From the NCBI GenBank assembly GCA_964632315.1, contig CAZWEM010000006.1:64593-128592 (forward strand): 64,000 bases of DNA, read 5' to 3'. This stretch comes from an uncultured archaeon. GTDB taxonomy: Archaea > Asgardarchaeota > Lokiarchaeia > Sigyniarchaeales > SOKP01. Numbering within the stretch: position 1 is the first letter of the stretch; each line of letters opens with the position of its first letter. Below, piece after piece: positions 1-9,314 of this stretch. Below the pieces are notes generated by a model, which was given only the letters and a program-made list of their open reading frames with translations, was not told the DNA's origin and did no database searches. The translations under genes and the position numbers were made by a program.

Positions 1-14
1 GGTTGAGAGAATAG

Positions 15-860
15 ATGGGTACACAAGTTTTTAAAATTAATCCCGACGGTACTACTACGGAAATAACTACGGAGGGACCAATTAAAGATATTTTAAATAC
101 CGAGGATTGTTATGTTTTAGTCGCTGATGATATCAGAAAAGTTTTTTTATGGAAAGGAATAGCTAGTAATGTGAGGTCAAAATTTATCGGTGCTAAGAGA
201 AGTCAAGAGATTCGCGGACAAGTTGGAATGCACTATGCCGTAGTTCCCCAAGATGAAGGTGAAGAGGATCCTGATTTTATTCAGATTATCGGTGGAAAAA
301 CAGAAAGTGGTATTGCAAAAGAAATTAAAGCTGAAGAGAGTGCAGCTAAGGGAGCGCCCCCATCCATCCATCCTTTAAGAGAAAAAGACCCTTTTGGCAT
401 ACCAGAACCCGCAGAGGGTATGAATATAGCAGGAAGTAAACAAAGAACCGCTCAAAATAGTGGTCCATTATATAGAGGGCCGGAATCAATGCCTTCAATA
501 ATGTCAGATGAAACACATGCCAATTTTGAGCAAATAATGCAAAAACTAGAAGAAATTAAGATCCCCGATGGATTTGAACGAGAGATTATCATAATAGGTA
601 ATCACGCATATTCAGTTGTCGAAAAGGTCCAAACATTCCTTGGAAAAAGGGAGACAACTAAGGAAATTTCAAAAGTCGGAAACATTCCCGAAGGTGTATT
701 CTTTGCTGAAGATTATTCGCCACGAATTCTTTCAGAAAATGGTAAAATTTTAGCCATTGAATTTCTTAAAAGGATTGGAGGCCCAACTGATGCTAAAGTA
801 GAATACAAGTCAAAAAAAGAAATATTGAAGGATCAAATTAAAAGTCAACTTGAAGGCTAA
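15..860 (+). CDS. Gelsolin-domain protein (single gelsolin repeat, linker, C-terminal domain of unknown fold)
   Basis: LNTEDCYVLV...VFLWKG...S...KF.GA...DEGEEDPDF matches the gelsolin/villin repeat consensus; Asgard-type ESP. Confidence 0.8.
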   Translation: MGTQVFKINPDGTTTEITTEGPIKDILNTEDCYVLVADDIRKVFLWKGIASNVRSKFIGAKRSQEIRGQVGMHYAVVPQDEGEEDPDFIQIIGGKTESGIAKEIKAEESAAKGAPPSIHPLREKDPFGIPEPAEGMNIAGSKQRTAQNSGPLYRGPESMPSIMSDETHANFEQIMQKLEEIKIPDGFEREIIIIGNHAYSVVEKVQTFLGKRETTKEISKVGNIPEGVFFAEDYSPRILSENGKILAIEFLKRIGGPTDAKVEYKSKKEILKDQIKSQLEG

Positions 861-1019
861 GTAGTTTCAAATATATAATCTTCTTATTTTATTATCATCT
901 GTTTTAAATATTAGAGCCTATATTTCGTTTAAATATAAATTTTTAAGTTCGTAGTATATAATTATATTAATTAATAAAATGAAATTTAAAAAATCAATTA
1001 CCAACGAACGAGTGCGCAC

Positions 1020-1403
1020 ATGAGCAATCTAACTCCAGAAGAAGCACATAATTTATCAAAATTCCTCGGGAATATCACAGAGCATACAGAATTAGAAGCA
1101 TTAGCTTTAGTAACTCGTGACGGGTTAAGATTAGCATTTTCTTGCATCCCGGATTATAATGTTGACCCAGATCTATTTTCGAGTCTTTCAGCTGTTGTGA
1201 TGCAAAGTGGTCATGATTCAATTGAATCCTTAGGATATACTAATCTTCTAGAAGTGGTGTTAAGAGGAGATGATGCATTCATCATTCTCAGTGCTGCTGG
1301 AAGGTTTTTTCTTATGGGAGCGAGCCGGAAAATAGGAGATTTGGGAAAGATCGTAACCGTATTTCGATATTACGCTTCAGAAATTGCAAAACGGTATCCG
1401 TGA
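1020..1403 (+). CDS. Roadblock/LC7 (MglB-like) protein
   Basis: 127 aa; ALALVTRDGL...FSSLSA...LG...LLEVVLRGDDAFIIL...LG roadblock pattern. Confidence 0.8.
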   Translation: MSNLTPEEAHNLSKFLGNITEHTELEALALVTRDGLRLAFSCIPDYNVDPDLFSSLSAVVMQSGHDSIESLGYTNLLEVVLRGDDAFIILSAAGRFFLMGASRKIGDLGKIVTVFRYYASEIAKRYP

Positions 1404-1540
1404 AAAATTTTAAACACTTATGGATTAAGATTTTATTTTTTAAATTATTAAAAATTGATTTTAAAAAAACAAATTATTAATATAAACCCATTAGTATTAT
1501 ATTATTTTGAAAAAGCGATAAAATAAAGAAATGATGTAAG

Positions 1541-3811
1541 ATGAGTGAAATAAAAATATTTGTTGACATCAACGAGGAATCCAATGATAAAGTAGTAATT
1601 TGCCAAGAAAATGCAGAAAAACTAGGAATTTCTAATGGATCAAGCATTGAGATTGAGAATCCAGATAATGGAATGAAAACTTCTGGAAAAGTTGAAATTT
1701 CAAACATGGTTTTAGATTTTGCTGCTCAAATTTCAAAAAATATTATCGATACTCTTCAATTTACTGGTGTGGAATTAATATTACGCCCAGCCGGTAGCGC
1801 AGGATTAGCTGCACCTAAGCTTCAGATCCCTAAGGTTCCTTCTCCAAAACCTCAAGAATCCCAAAGGGGTTCCTCATTTACTCCCTTACCCTCACCTCCA
1901 CCACAAATGGATTCGTCTCGACCTGTCCCACAGCCTACGACGGCTCCAATTCCTTCCAAACCACCTCAAACAACCATTTCTCCAGTTCCAAGACCAGTAT
2001 CTCAACCATCTACCCCCACTCCGCCAGTAACAAAACAGCAGAATCCGTCAAAACCAGTACAAATTCCACAACCAGTTCCTAAACCATCACCACAACCCGC
2101 TCCCACTCCACAACCATCATTTGCACCTCCACCACCCGGAATTAAACCAACCCCAACCCCTACTATGGGAGTTCCCCCTCCACCGCAATCAGTTCCTTCT
2201 CAACCTGGTACAATTCCTCCTGCTACTTCATCACAACCAGAAGTATCTTATTCAAATCAAATAGATGTGTTTACTCTTCAAGGTCAAAAAGGAGGTTTGG
2301 TGCTAACACCCGTCGTTAGTGATAATATAGAAGGGGGTAGAATTCAGTTAAACAGTTCTATTATACAACAACTCGGCCTTGTTAAGGGCATGCTTGTCGC
2401 TTGGGAAGATCCATTAACAAGAGCAGTTGGATCTGCAAGGATTGATGAAGCAATGATCAATGCTTCCGAAATTAGGATGAGTAGAGATACAAAAGAAGAC
2501 ACGAACATACAATCTCAGCAAATCCTGGTTTATTCTACCGAACCCCCAATACAAAAAGTTTCAGAATTAATGTTAGAAGTCCAGTCCCAACCTAACTTGA
2601 TGGGATATTGTCTAGTGAGTCCAAGAACTCAATATTCACTCTCAGTCAATCAAAATGATATTTTAGCATTTGAGGATGAATTAACGGGTGCCATCGGAGC
2701 TGGAAAAGTAGATTTGCTAGAAGAAATTCCTGATAATACCATAGTAATAGACAGTGAAATTCTAGAAGCATCGGGAATCGGTAGTTTCGAAGTAAAGGTT
2801 TATAAAAATAATCGACCAATTATTCCTTTACAAAACATATCCTTGGGGATTTCTCCGATCTCTGGTGAGAATATGTGGGAGATCATTTCTACCGCACGTC
2901 AAAATGTTGAATCATTGAAAGGATGGCTTTCCAATTACGTCATTTTCAAGGGTATTAAATTAAGATGGAGTGCCGTCAATATTGGTTGCTCTATCTTGTC
3001 AACCACTCCGGATCTCACGGGAGATATATTAGCTCAGGTGACTGCCAATACAGCCATTAATTTAACTCCTACTGGTTTAGTCCCCTTCAATGCAATTCTT
3101 ATTATTGATATCAGCCGTTCCATGATGGCAAGAGACGTGCTCGTTACGAATATAGCTCCTGCTATTGAGGGGATTAAAGCAGCAATGGAATCACGAGAGA
3201 TTCAGGAATTTTTGAAGAATTTTAAGCCCAATATCAATATTCCAAGAAGAATTGCTGCTGCATTCGCTGCAGTCCTTTTCTTAAGCGAAAAGGTTGGAAG
3301 AGGATTTGGTGAGAAAGTTAGCGTCATTCGTTTTGCTGACGAGGGCCAGATTTTGCCTTTTGGTGATGGATTTTACATGGATTCTGCCAGTGGTAAGAAA
3401 GGAGTATTGGAGGAAGCCGCAAGATTAATTGTTGATAGAATCGGCAATGCTTACGGTCAAGCTACCAATATGGCAAGCGCGATGGAAAAGGCCTATTTGG
3501 TACTTCAAGAATTTGAAAGAATGAGTCAAGGGGGGCAAAGCCAGCCCACAATGGTGGTACTCCTAACCGATGGGGTACCTACCGACCCAGACGCATTCTT
3601 AAGGAGTATAAAACAGTTTTCAGGGATGGAAAACGTCATCTTGTACATTGTTGGTTTAGGCAATCCGGATCGAGAAATGATGAGTCGAGCGGCTTCGCTA
3701 TGTGGCGGCGAATATTTCGAACCTGCTGATGCGGGTGAATTATTAGTTTGGTACTCAAAGCGAGCTCGCGATTTGACCGTCAAGATGAAAGCTCATAAAC
3801 ATGAATTGTAG
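1541..3811 (+). CDS. vWA-domain protein with Pro-rich linker and CDC48-N-like beta-barrel repeats
   Basis: MIDAS DISRS, TNM, LLTDG in the C-terminal third; ~140-aa P/Q/S/T-rich segment; three repeats of the type ..LG...G..(I/V).(I/W/F)E(N/D). Confidence 0.75.
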   Translation: MSEIKIFVDINEESNDKVVICQENAEKLGISNGSSIEIENPDNGMKTSGKVEISNMVLDFAAQISKNIIDTLQFTGVELILRPAGSAGLAAPKLQIPKVPSPKPQESQRGSSFTPLPSPPPQMDSSRPVPQPTTAPIPSKPPQTTISPVPRPVSQPSTPTPPVTKQQNPSKPVQIPQPVPKPSPQPAPTPQPSFAPPPPGIKPTPTPTMGVPPPPQSVPSQPGTIPPATSSQPEVSYSNQIDVFTLQGQKGGLVLTPVVSDNIEGGRIQLNSSIIQQLGLVKGMLVAWEDPLTRAVGSARIDEAMINASEIRMSRDTKEDTNIQSQQILVYSTEPPIQKVSELMLEVQSQPNLMGYCLVSPRTQYSLSVNQNDILAFEDELTGAIGAGKVDLLEEIPDNTIVIDSEILEASGIGSFEVKVYKNNRPIIPLQNISLGISPISGENMWEIISTARQNVESLKGWLSNYVIFKGIKLRWSAVNIGCSILSTTPDLTGDILAQVTANTAINLTPTGLVPFNAILIIDISRSMMARDVLVTNIAPAIEGIKAAMESREIQEFLKNFKPNINIPRRIAAAFAAVLFLSEKVGRGFGEKVSVIRFADEGQILPFGDGFYMDSASGKKGVLEEAARLIVDRIGNAYGQATNMASAMEKAYLVLQEFERMSQGGQSQPTMVVLLTDGVPTDPDAFLRSIKQFSGMENVILYIVGLGNPDREMMSRAASLCGGEYFEPADAGELLVWYSKRARDLTVKMKAHKHEL

Positions 3812-3931
3812 TTTAAATTCTTCTTTTTCTCTTCAAATTTTATTAACTGAAATAAAAGATTGTAACTTTTTCTTATTTAAAAAAAATGAGTATCGAAGAT
3901 TTTAAATAGTGAGGTTTTCTATGTAATACTC

Positions 3932-4369
3932 ATGGCTACACACGAAAAAGGGAGGGCTTTACTAATAATTATTGGTTTTATCTTGTTAATTATTGGAATT
4001 CCATTGGTTATTGTTGGGTTCAGTTCCTTTCTTCAACTTCAATCAGACTTCTTTTCATTATCGTTTGAAGAAAATTCCGCTCTTAGCACTCAAGCTTTTG
4101 GCAGTTTAGTACCAGGTATGTTCCTCGTCATTATTGGTGCAGGAGTATTGAGGTTCGGATTTATCGGAAGGGTCTCTAAGTACATTGCGGATGAGACGGG
4201 CCCTGCAATAAGCTCTGTAAGTGAATCAATAACAAGAGGAGTAAAAGAAGGGGGAGGGATTGATATAACAGTACATTCCGAATCAAACATACGGATCAAG
4301 TGCCGAAACTGTGGAACTCTCAACGATGAAAATGCTACGTATTGTGATAATTGTGGATCTCAGCTTTAA
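3932..4369 (+). CDS. Membrane protein with C-terminal zinc ribbon
   Basis: Two hydrophobic helices; CRNCG...N...YCDNCG. Confidence 0.8.
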   Translation: MATHEKGRALLIIIGFILLIIGIPLVIVGFSSFLQLQSDFFSLSFEENSALSTQAFGSLVPGMFLVIIGAGVLRFGFIGRVSKYIADETGPAISSVSESITRGVKEGGGIDITVHSESNIRIKCRNCGTLNDENATYCDNCGSQL

Positions 4370-4577
4370 TTCTATTTTTTTACTTTTTTTAAAATTTAGT
4401 TAGATTTACTTTTTTATATCCAAAAAGTGATGATGACAAATTATAATTTTGGCTATTGAGCTTAATAATTACCGATGTGTTCCTTTTCTAATTTTCCAAA
4501 CAAAAATCTAAAAACAAAAGTGTAATTTAGGATAGATTGATATAATCTTCAAAATTAAAAGTTATAGTTGATCTATT

Positions 4578-6734
4578 ATGAAAGAGAAACCTCTATACTT
4601 GGATCCCTCGAAATCATTAGAAGAAAGAATTGATGACCTCGTTTCAAGATTAACGCTTGAAGAAAAAATTTCTCAGTTGTTAAATGATGCCGTAGGAATT
4701 GAGAGATTACACATACCGAAATATAATTGGTGGAGTGAGGCTCTTCATGGAGTTGGTTTCTCTGGTATCGCAACTGTGTTTCCCCAAGCCATTGGATTAG
4801 CTGCGTCTTTTGATTTGGATTTGATGTACGATGTAGCAAGCGCGATATCAGACGAGGGAAGAGCCAAGCACCATGAAGCAGTGAGAAATAATCAAAGAAA
4901 AATCTTTCAAGGTTTAACTTTTTGGTCTCCCAACGTCAATATTTTCAGAGATCCTAGATGGGGTAGAGGACAAGAGACATATGGAGAAGATCCTTATTTA
5001 ACTTCTCAAATGGGAGTCACATTTATAAAAGGATTGCAGGGAACTGATCCTAAATACTTGAAATTGGTTGCTACTCCAAAGCATTATGTAGCTTATAGTG
5101 GATTAGAATCTGAACGACATGAGTTTAATGCTATAGTAAGTAAAAAAGATCTTTACGAAACTTATTTGCCCGCTTTTGAAGCTTGCATTAAGCAAGGAAA
5201 AGCTGAAGCAATTATGGGAGCATATAATCGAGTTAATGGAGAACCTTGTTGTGCAAGTAATTTCTTACTTAATGAAATTTTACGGAATGACTGGAAGTTC
5301 AAGGGACATGTGGTATCAGATTGTGGGGCAATAATGGATATTTTTAACGGGCACAAGGTGGTTGGAACTGGTGCTGAAGCCGCTGCAATGGCATTAAATG
5401 CGGGATGTGATCTTTTTTGTTGCATTGGAATCAGGACAAAAATGAGGAAAAAGATTAGGTGGGAATGGATCCAACATGCTATTGAGGAGGGGTTTCTAAA
5501 AGAAAAAGTGATAGATGAAACTGTGAGCCGATTATTTAGAGCTAGGTTTTTGCTTGGAATGTTCGATCCACCAGAACTAGTACCTTATGCTAGTATTCCA
5601 TATGCGGTGAATGACTGTGAAGAAAATAGATCCTTGGCTTTGGAGGCAGCAAGAAAAACAATCGTTCTTTTAAAAAATGAAACAAACATCCTTCCATTAA
5701 GTCAAGACATTAAGAGTATTGCCGTTATTGGTCCAACTGCCGACAATTTAGATGTGCTCTTGGGTAATTACAATGGAAAACCTTCTAAATACACTACTAT
5801 TCTCCAAGGAATAAGGGAGAAGGTTTCAGAAAAAATATCTGTAACCTATAATCTTGGTTGTCCTCTCAAGCAAGAGTCAAGGGAAGGATTTCAAGAGGCC
5901 ATTGAAAATGGGAAAAAGTCGGACGTTATAATCTTAGTATTAGGCATATCTCCTCGCCTCGAAGGTGAGCAAGGTGAAGCCGTAGAATCAGATTTGCAGG
6001 GAGATCGGCTTGATATTAAACTACCAGGGAGTCAAGAAGACTTATTGAAAGAGCTATACCACTTAAAAAAGCCAATTATTCTCATTTTGACGGGAGGGAG
6101 CGCATTATCTTTCTCTTTTGCTAAAAAAAACATCCCATCAATTTTATATGCTTGGTATCCTGGAGAGGAAGGAGGAAAGGCTGTTGCTGATGTGATCTTT
6201 GGAGATTATAATCCAGCAGGGCGGTTACCAATTACATTGTATAATTCTATTAGTCAACTTCCAGATGTTCGTAACTATAGCATGGAAGGAAGGACGTATA
6301 GGTATTTTAAAGGGAATGTTTTATATCCATTTGGGTTTGGTTTAAGCTACACTCGTTTTACATACGATTCAATGAAAATCACACCAAATAAAATCAGACC
6401 GGGAGAAAAAGTAACAATTTCTGTAGATGTAAAAAATGTTGGAGACCTAAAGGGTGAGGAAGTAGTACAACTTTATCTAAAGTATCCTGACGTAGATTTT
6501 CGCGTACCGATTCACCAGTTAAAAGGATTTCAGAGGATAAAGTTAACTCCAAATCAAAAAAAGACAATTAAATTTACTTTAGATGAAAATTCCTATTCAA
6601 TCATAGATATACAAGGAAAAAAAGTTATAAAAGATGGAAAGATTATTGTCAGGATTGGTGGTTGCCAACCTAAAACGCCTTTTTCAAGGATGATTCAAGA
6701 AGGAGAATTTTTTATCGAATCACAAAATGAATAA
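4578..6734 (+). CDS. Glycoside hydrolase family 3 (beta-glucosidase/xylosidase) with Fn3-like C-terminus
   Basis: WWSEALHG, RDPRWGRGQETYGEDP, KHY, VSDC nucleophile motif, YPFGFGLSYT, GEEVVQLY. Confidence 0.95.
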   Translation: MKEKPLYLDPSKSLEERIDDLVSRLTLEEKISQLLNDAVGIERLHIPKYNWWSEALHGVGFSGIATVFPQAIGLAASFDLDLMYDVASAISDEGRAKHHEAVRNNQRKIFQGLTFWSPNVNIFRDPRWGRGQETYGEDPYLTSQMGVTFIKGLQGTDPKYLKLVATPKHYVAYSGLESERHEFNAIVSKKDLYETYLPAFEACIKQGKAEAIMGAYNRVNGEPCCASNFLLNEILRNDWKFKGHVVSDCGAIMDIFNGHKVVGTGAEAAAMALNAGCDLFCCIGIRTKMRKKIRWEWIQHAIEEGFLKEKVIDETVSRLFRARFLLGMFDPPELVPYASIPYAVNDCEENRSLALEAARKTIVLLKNETNILPLSQDIKSIAVIGPTADNLDVLLGNYNGKPSKYTTILQGIREKVSEKISVTYNLGCPLKQESREGFQEAIENGKKSDVIILVLGISPRLEGEQGEAVESDLQGDRLDIKLPGSQEDLLKELYHLKKPIILILTGGSALSFSFAKKNIPSILYAWYPGEEGGKAVADVIFGDYNPAGRLPITLYNSISQLPDVRNYSMEGRTYRYFKGNVLYPFGFGLSYTRFTYDSMKITPNKIRPGEKVTISVDVKNVGDLKGEEVVQLYLKYPDVDFRVPIHQLKGFQRIKLTPNQKKTIKFTLDENSYSIIDIQGKKVIKDGKIIVRIGGCQPKTPFSRMIQEGEFFIESQNE

Positions 6735-6914
6735 TGTGATACAGAAAAATGAAAAGATACAAGCATTGGATAATCCTTCAAACAAATTTTTATCAATAGT
6801 CTCAATTTTTATAACTAAATACATTGTTAAGTAATATTTTTATATTTATAATTTAATTAGAAATGTAAGAAAAAGATTTGAGTAATAAATAACTCGTTAA
6901 ATGGCGGGATTATT

Positions 6915-7316
6915 ATGAGAATAAAGAAGATAATAACTATTGACGAGAGAGGTCGTATTGTCATCCCGAAAGAAGCCCGAAATGCTCTTGGGATTACGAC
7001 AGATTCTCAATTAATGATGATAAGTGATTCAGAAGTAAAAGAAATAAGAATTACTCCAATTGGGCTATCGGGGGAAAAACATCCCATCAAATTACGTGTT
7101 ACGATGTCTGATGCACCAGGAGCCTTAGCAAAACTAGCAACATTATTTGGGACTTTTGGTCTTAGCATGATGTATAGTGAAGCTGTAATCGTAGAGAAAG
7201 ACAAATCAGCCATATGGACCGTAATTTCAGAAAAACCAGAAGATTTAGAAGATTTAAGAAGGAGCTTGATTGAAAAGGGAGGAGCCTTAAAGGTTGAGAT
7301 ACTCCCCCTAGAATAA
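6915..7316 (+). CDS. AbrB/MazE-family DNA-binding protein fused to an ACT domain
   Basis: IDERGRIVIPKEARNALGI (AbrB); DAPGALAKLATLF (ACT). Confidence 0.85.
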   Translation: MRIKKIITIDERGRIVIPKEARNALGITTDSQLMMISDSEVKEIRITPIGLSGEKHPIKLRVTMSDAPGALAKLATLFGTFGLSMMYSEAVIVEKDKSAIWTVISEKPEDLEDLRRSLIEKGGALKVEILPLE

Positions 7317-7342
7317 AATTGAAAGACGCTGAAGTGGTATAG

Positions 7343-8116
7343 GTGGCTAAAAAGAAAAAGAAAGAGGAAAGTGAGGATGCTGTAGCTTCTTATTCCTTAG
7401 ATAGTGCCTTAAAGTCGTCAAAAAAAACTGAAACCGATTTAAAAGGTCTGCTTAAAACCTTCATAGATGAAGACGATTTTATAGCCCCAAAAATGGGATC
7501 AGAGAGAAAAGCCCCTCAATTATCCCATGAATCGAAGAAAAAAATCGCAGAAGCTTATGTGTTAGAAGATGTTCCTATAACAAAGAGAACGAAAGATACT
7601 ACTGTACCTCCCAGCGAGGAAGTAAAGAAAGAAATAAAAGTTTCTAAATCTGCTGAAGAAACAAAAGTTGAAGACAGTATTCCGTCACCAGAGAAAAGTG
7701 TTGAGCAATCCGTACCAACTACGGTGAAAAAACCATCATTCTCGAAAAAAGATAATATTTATGTAAAACTCAATGAATTTTTTGAAAGCATGTATGAGGG
7801 CTATACAGATCGTTATGATAAATGGGAAAATTCCGTTTCATCAATTCTTACAATATTAAGAAAGATGAGGAAAATAACTAAGAAAAATACAGAGGATCTG
7901 GTTGGGTCCATCAATAACATGCACTCAAAAATCCAAGAATCTTTAGAACAATTTAAAATAAAGCGTCAAGAAGTGGAAAAAATAGCTGGAGTGGACGTTC
8001 AGTTAATGTCAAGCGAATTCAAGAAAGTTTTAGGTTTACTAGAATTACAAGTTAAAGAATACCAATTAAAAAAATTAACTGATGAATATATTCATTTCTA
8101 TAACTTGATTTCATAG
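7343..8116 (+). CDS. Hypothetical protein; disordered charged N-half, helical/coiled-coil C-half
   Basis: 257-aa ORF with GTG start, co-oriented in the operon with the actin-like gene. Confidence 0.7.
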   Translation: MAKKKKKEESEDAVASYSLDSALKSSKKTETDLKGLLKTFIDEDDFIAPKMGSERKAPQLSHESKKKIAEAYVLEDVPITKRTKDTTVPPSEEVKKEIKVSKSAEETKVEDSIPSPEKSVEQSVPTTVKKPSFSKKDNIYVKLNEFFESMYEGYTDRYDKWENSVSSILTILRKMRKITKKNTEDLVGSINNMHSKIQESLEQFKIKRQEVEKIAGVDVQLMSSEFKKVLGLLELQVKEYQLKKLTDEYIHFYNLIS

Positions 8117-8156
8117 AGATTTTGAATGATCTTAACAGACTTTTTATATATAAATT

Positions 8157-9314
8157 ATGTCATCTTCAATCAAAGAACAAGACAGACCATTAATACTCGA
8201 TATCGGAAGTAATTACTTCCGAATGGGATGGGCAGGGGATGATTTTCCTGATATTATTGCTCCCAGTATCTTTGTTGAGCCGATGGATTTTTTATTTACT
8301 TCAGATGAAATAGCAGGATTAGAAGAAATTTTTCTTAACAATATCACCTTAAAACAACTCGTTGGACACGAAGCTGCAAGGTACCAAAATATTTTAAAGA
8401 TTCATGAATTCGTTAAAGAGCAAAATTACAAAATGTTAATAAAATTTTTCAATGAATACTATTATAGCCTCGAGATTTCAGATGAGTTTCGATTCAAACA
8501 ACCTATAATAATTTTAACACCTTTTTACATCTCTGAATTAGAGAAGGAAAAATACAAAGACGTTTTTTTAAACCATTTTAATTTTCCCGCTTTATTGTTT
8601 CTGTCTGAAAGCCAGGCTATTTTAGCCACCTTGCAAAAGTCTAGTGGAGTAGTTATTAATTTAGGAGAATCACACACCTCCATTACTACAATATTTCATG
8701 GTTTTACAAACATTATGGCGAAAGATATTTTTCCCATCTCTGGTAAAGACTTAACTGGTTATCTATTAAAATTATTGTTGAGTAAAAAAGGAGTAGATGA
8801 ATCAATTTATCTTGATGAAATCATTGCTAAAGAAATAAAAGATAAATTATCTTTATGTGTCTTAAATCCAGAGGAAGAAGTGAAAAGAGTTAAAGAAGGA
8901 TTCACTAAGTATGACAGAATTATTGATCTACCAGATGGTAATAAGCTCAAGATAAACAAAGAAAGGATTTTACTTTCAGAACCATTGTTTGATCCAAAAA
9001 TTATTCATATGGATTATGTAAGTTTAGCAAATGCAATTGCGAATGTTATTAAAATTTGGGAAAGAGAAAATTGGGAAGCTTTACTTTCAAATATTATCTT
9101 AGCTGGGGGTACAAGCTTGATTCATGGTTTACAGAAACGCTTAAAAGATGAAATAGCGTCTTTTTTCTCTGATATGTTAAAACCTAAAATTGAAGTGATT
9201 GCAGCATCTGGAAGAGAAAACATGGGATGGATAGGTGCATCGATTTTATATTCTTCTGGAAAGTTGGAAAGAGGCTGGATTTTCTCTTCTGAAAGAGAAA
9301 TCAATATTGAATGA
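8157..9314 (+). CDS. Divergent actin-related protein
   Basis: Phosphate-1 LILDIGS...GWAGDDFP; phosphate-2 INLGE; LPDG; EPLFDP; NIILAGGTS...RL; WIGASIL. Confidence 0.92.
   Translation: MSSSIKEQDRPLILDIGSNYFRMGWAGDDFPDIIAPSIFVEPMDFLFTSDEIAGLEEIFLNNITLKQLVGHEAARYQNILKIHEFVKEQNYKMLIKFFNEYYYSLEISDEFRFKQPIIILTPFYISELEKEKYKDVFLNHFNFPALLFLSESQAILATLQKSSGVVINLGESHTSITTIFHGFTNIMAKDIFPISGKDLTGYLLKLLLSKKGVDESIYLDEIIAKEIKDKLSLCVLNPEEEVKRVKEGFTKYDRIIDLPDGNKLKINKERILLSEPLFDPKIIHMDYVSLANAIANVIKIWERENWEALLSNIILAGGTSLIHGLQKRLKDEIASFFSDMLKPKIEVIAASGRENMGWIGASILYSSGKLERGWIFSSEREINIE

Noticed and set aside
8157-9314. Calling this gene bona fide lokiactin
   Set aside because: Too divergent from conserved actin (altered phosphate-2 motif, poorly conserved subdomain 2); better described as actin-related
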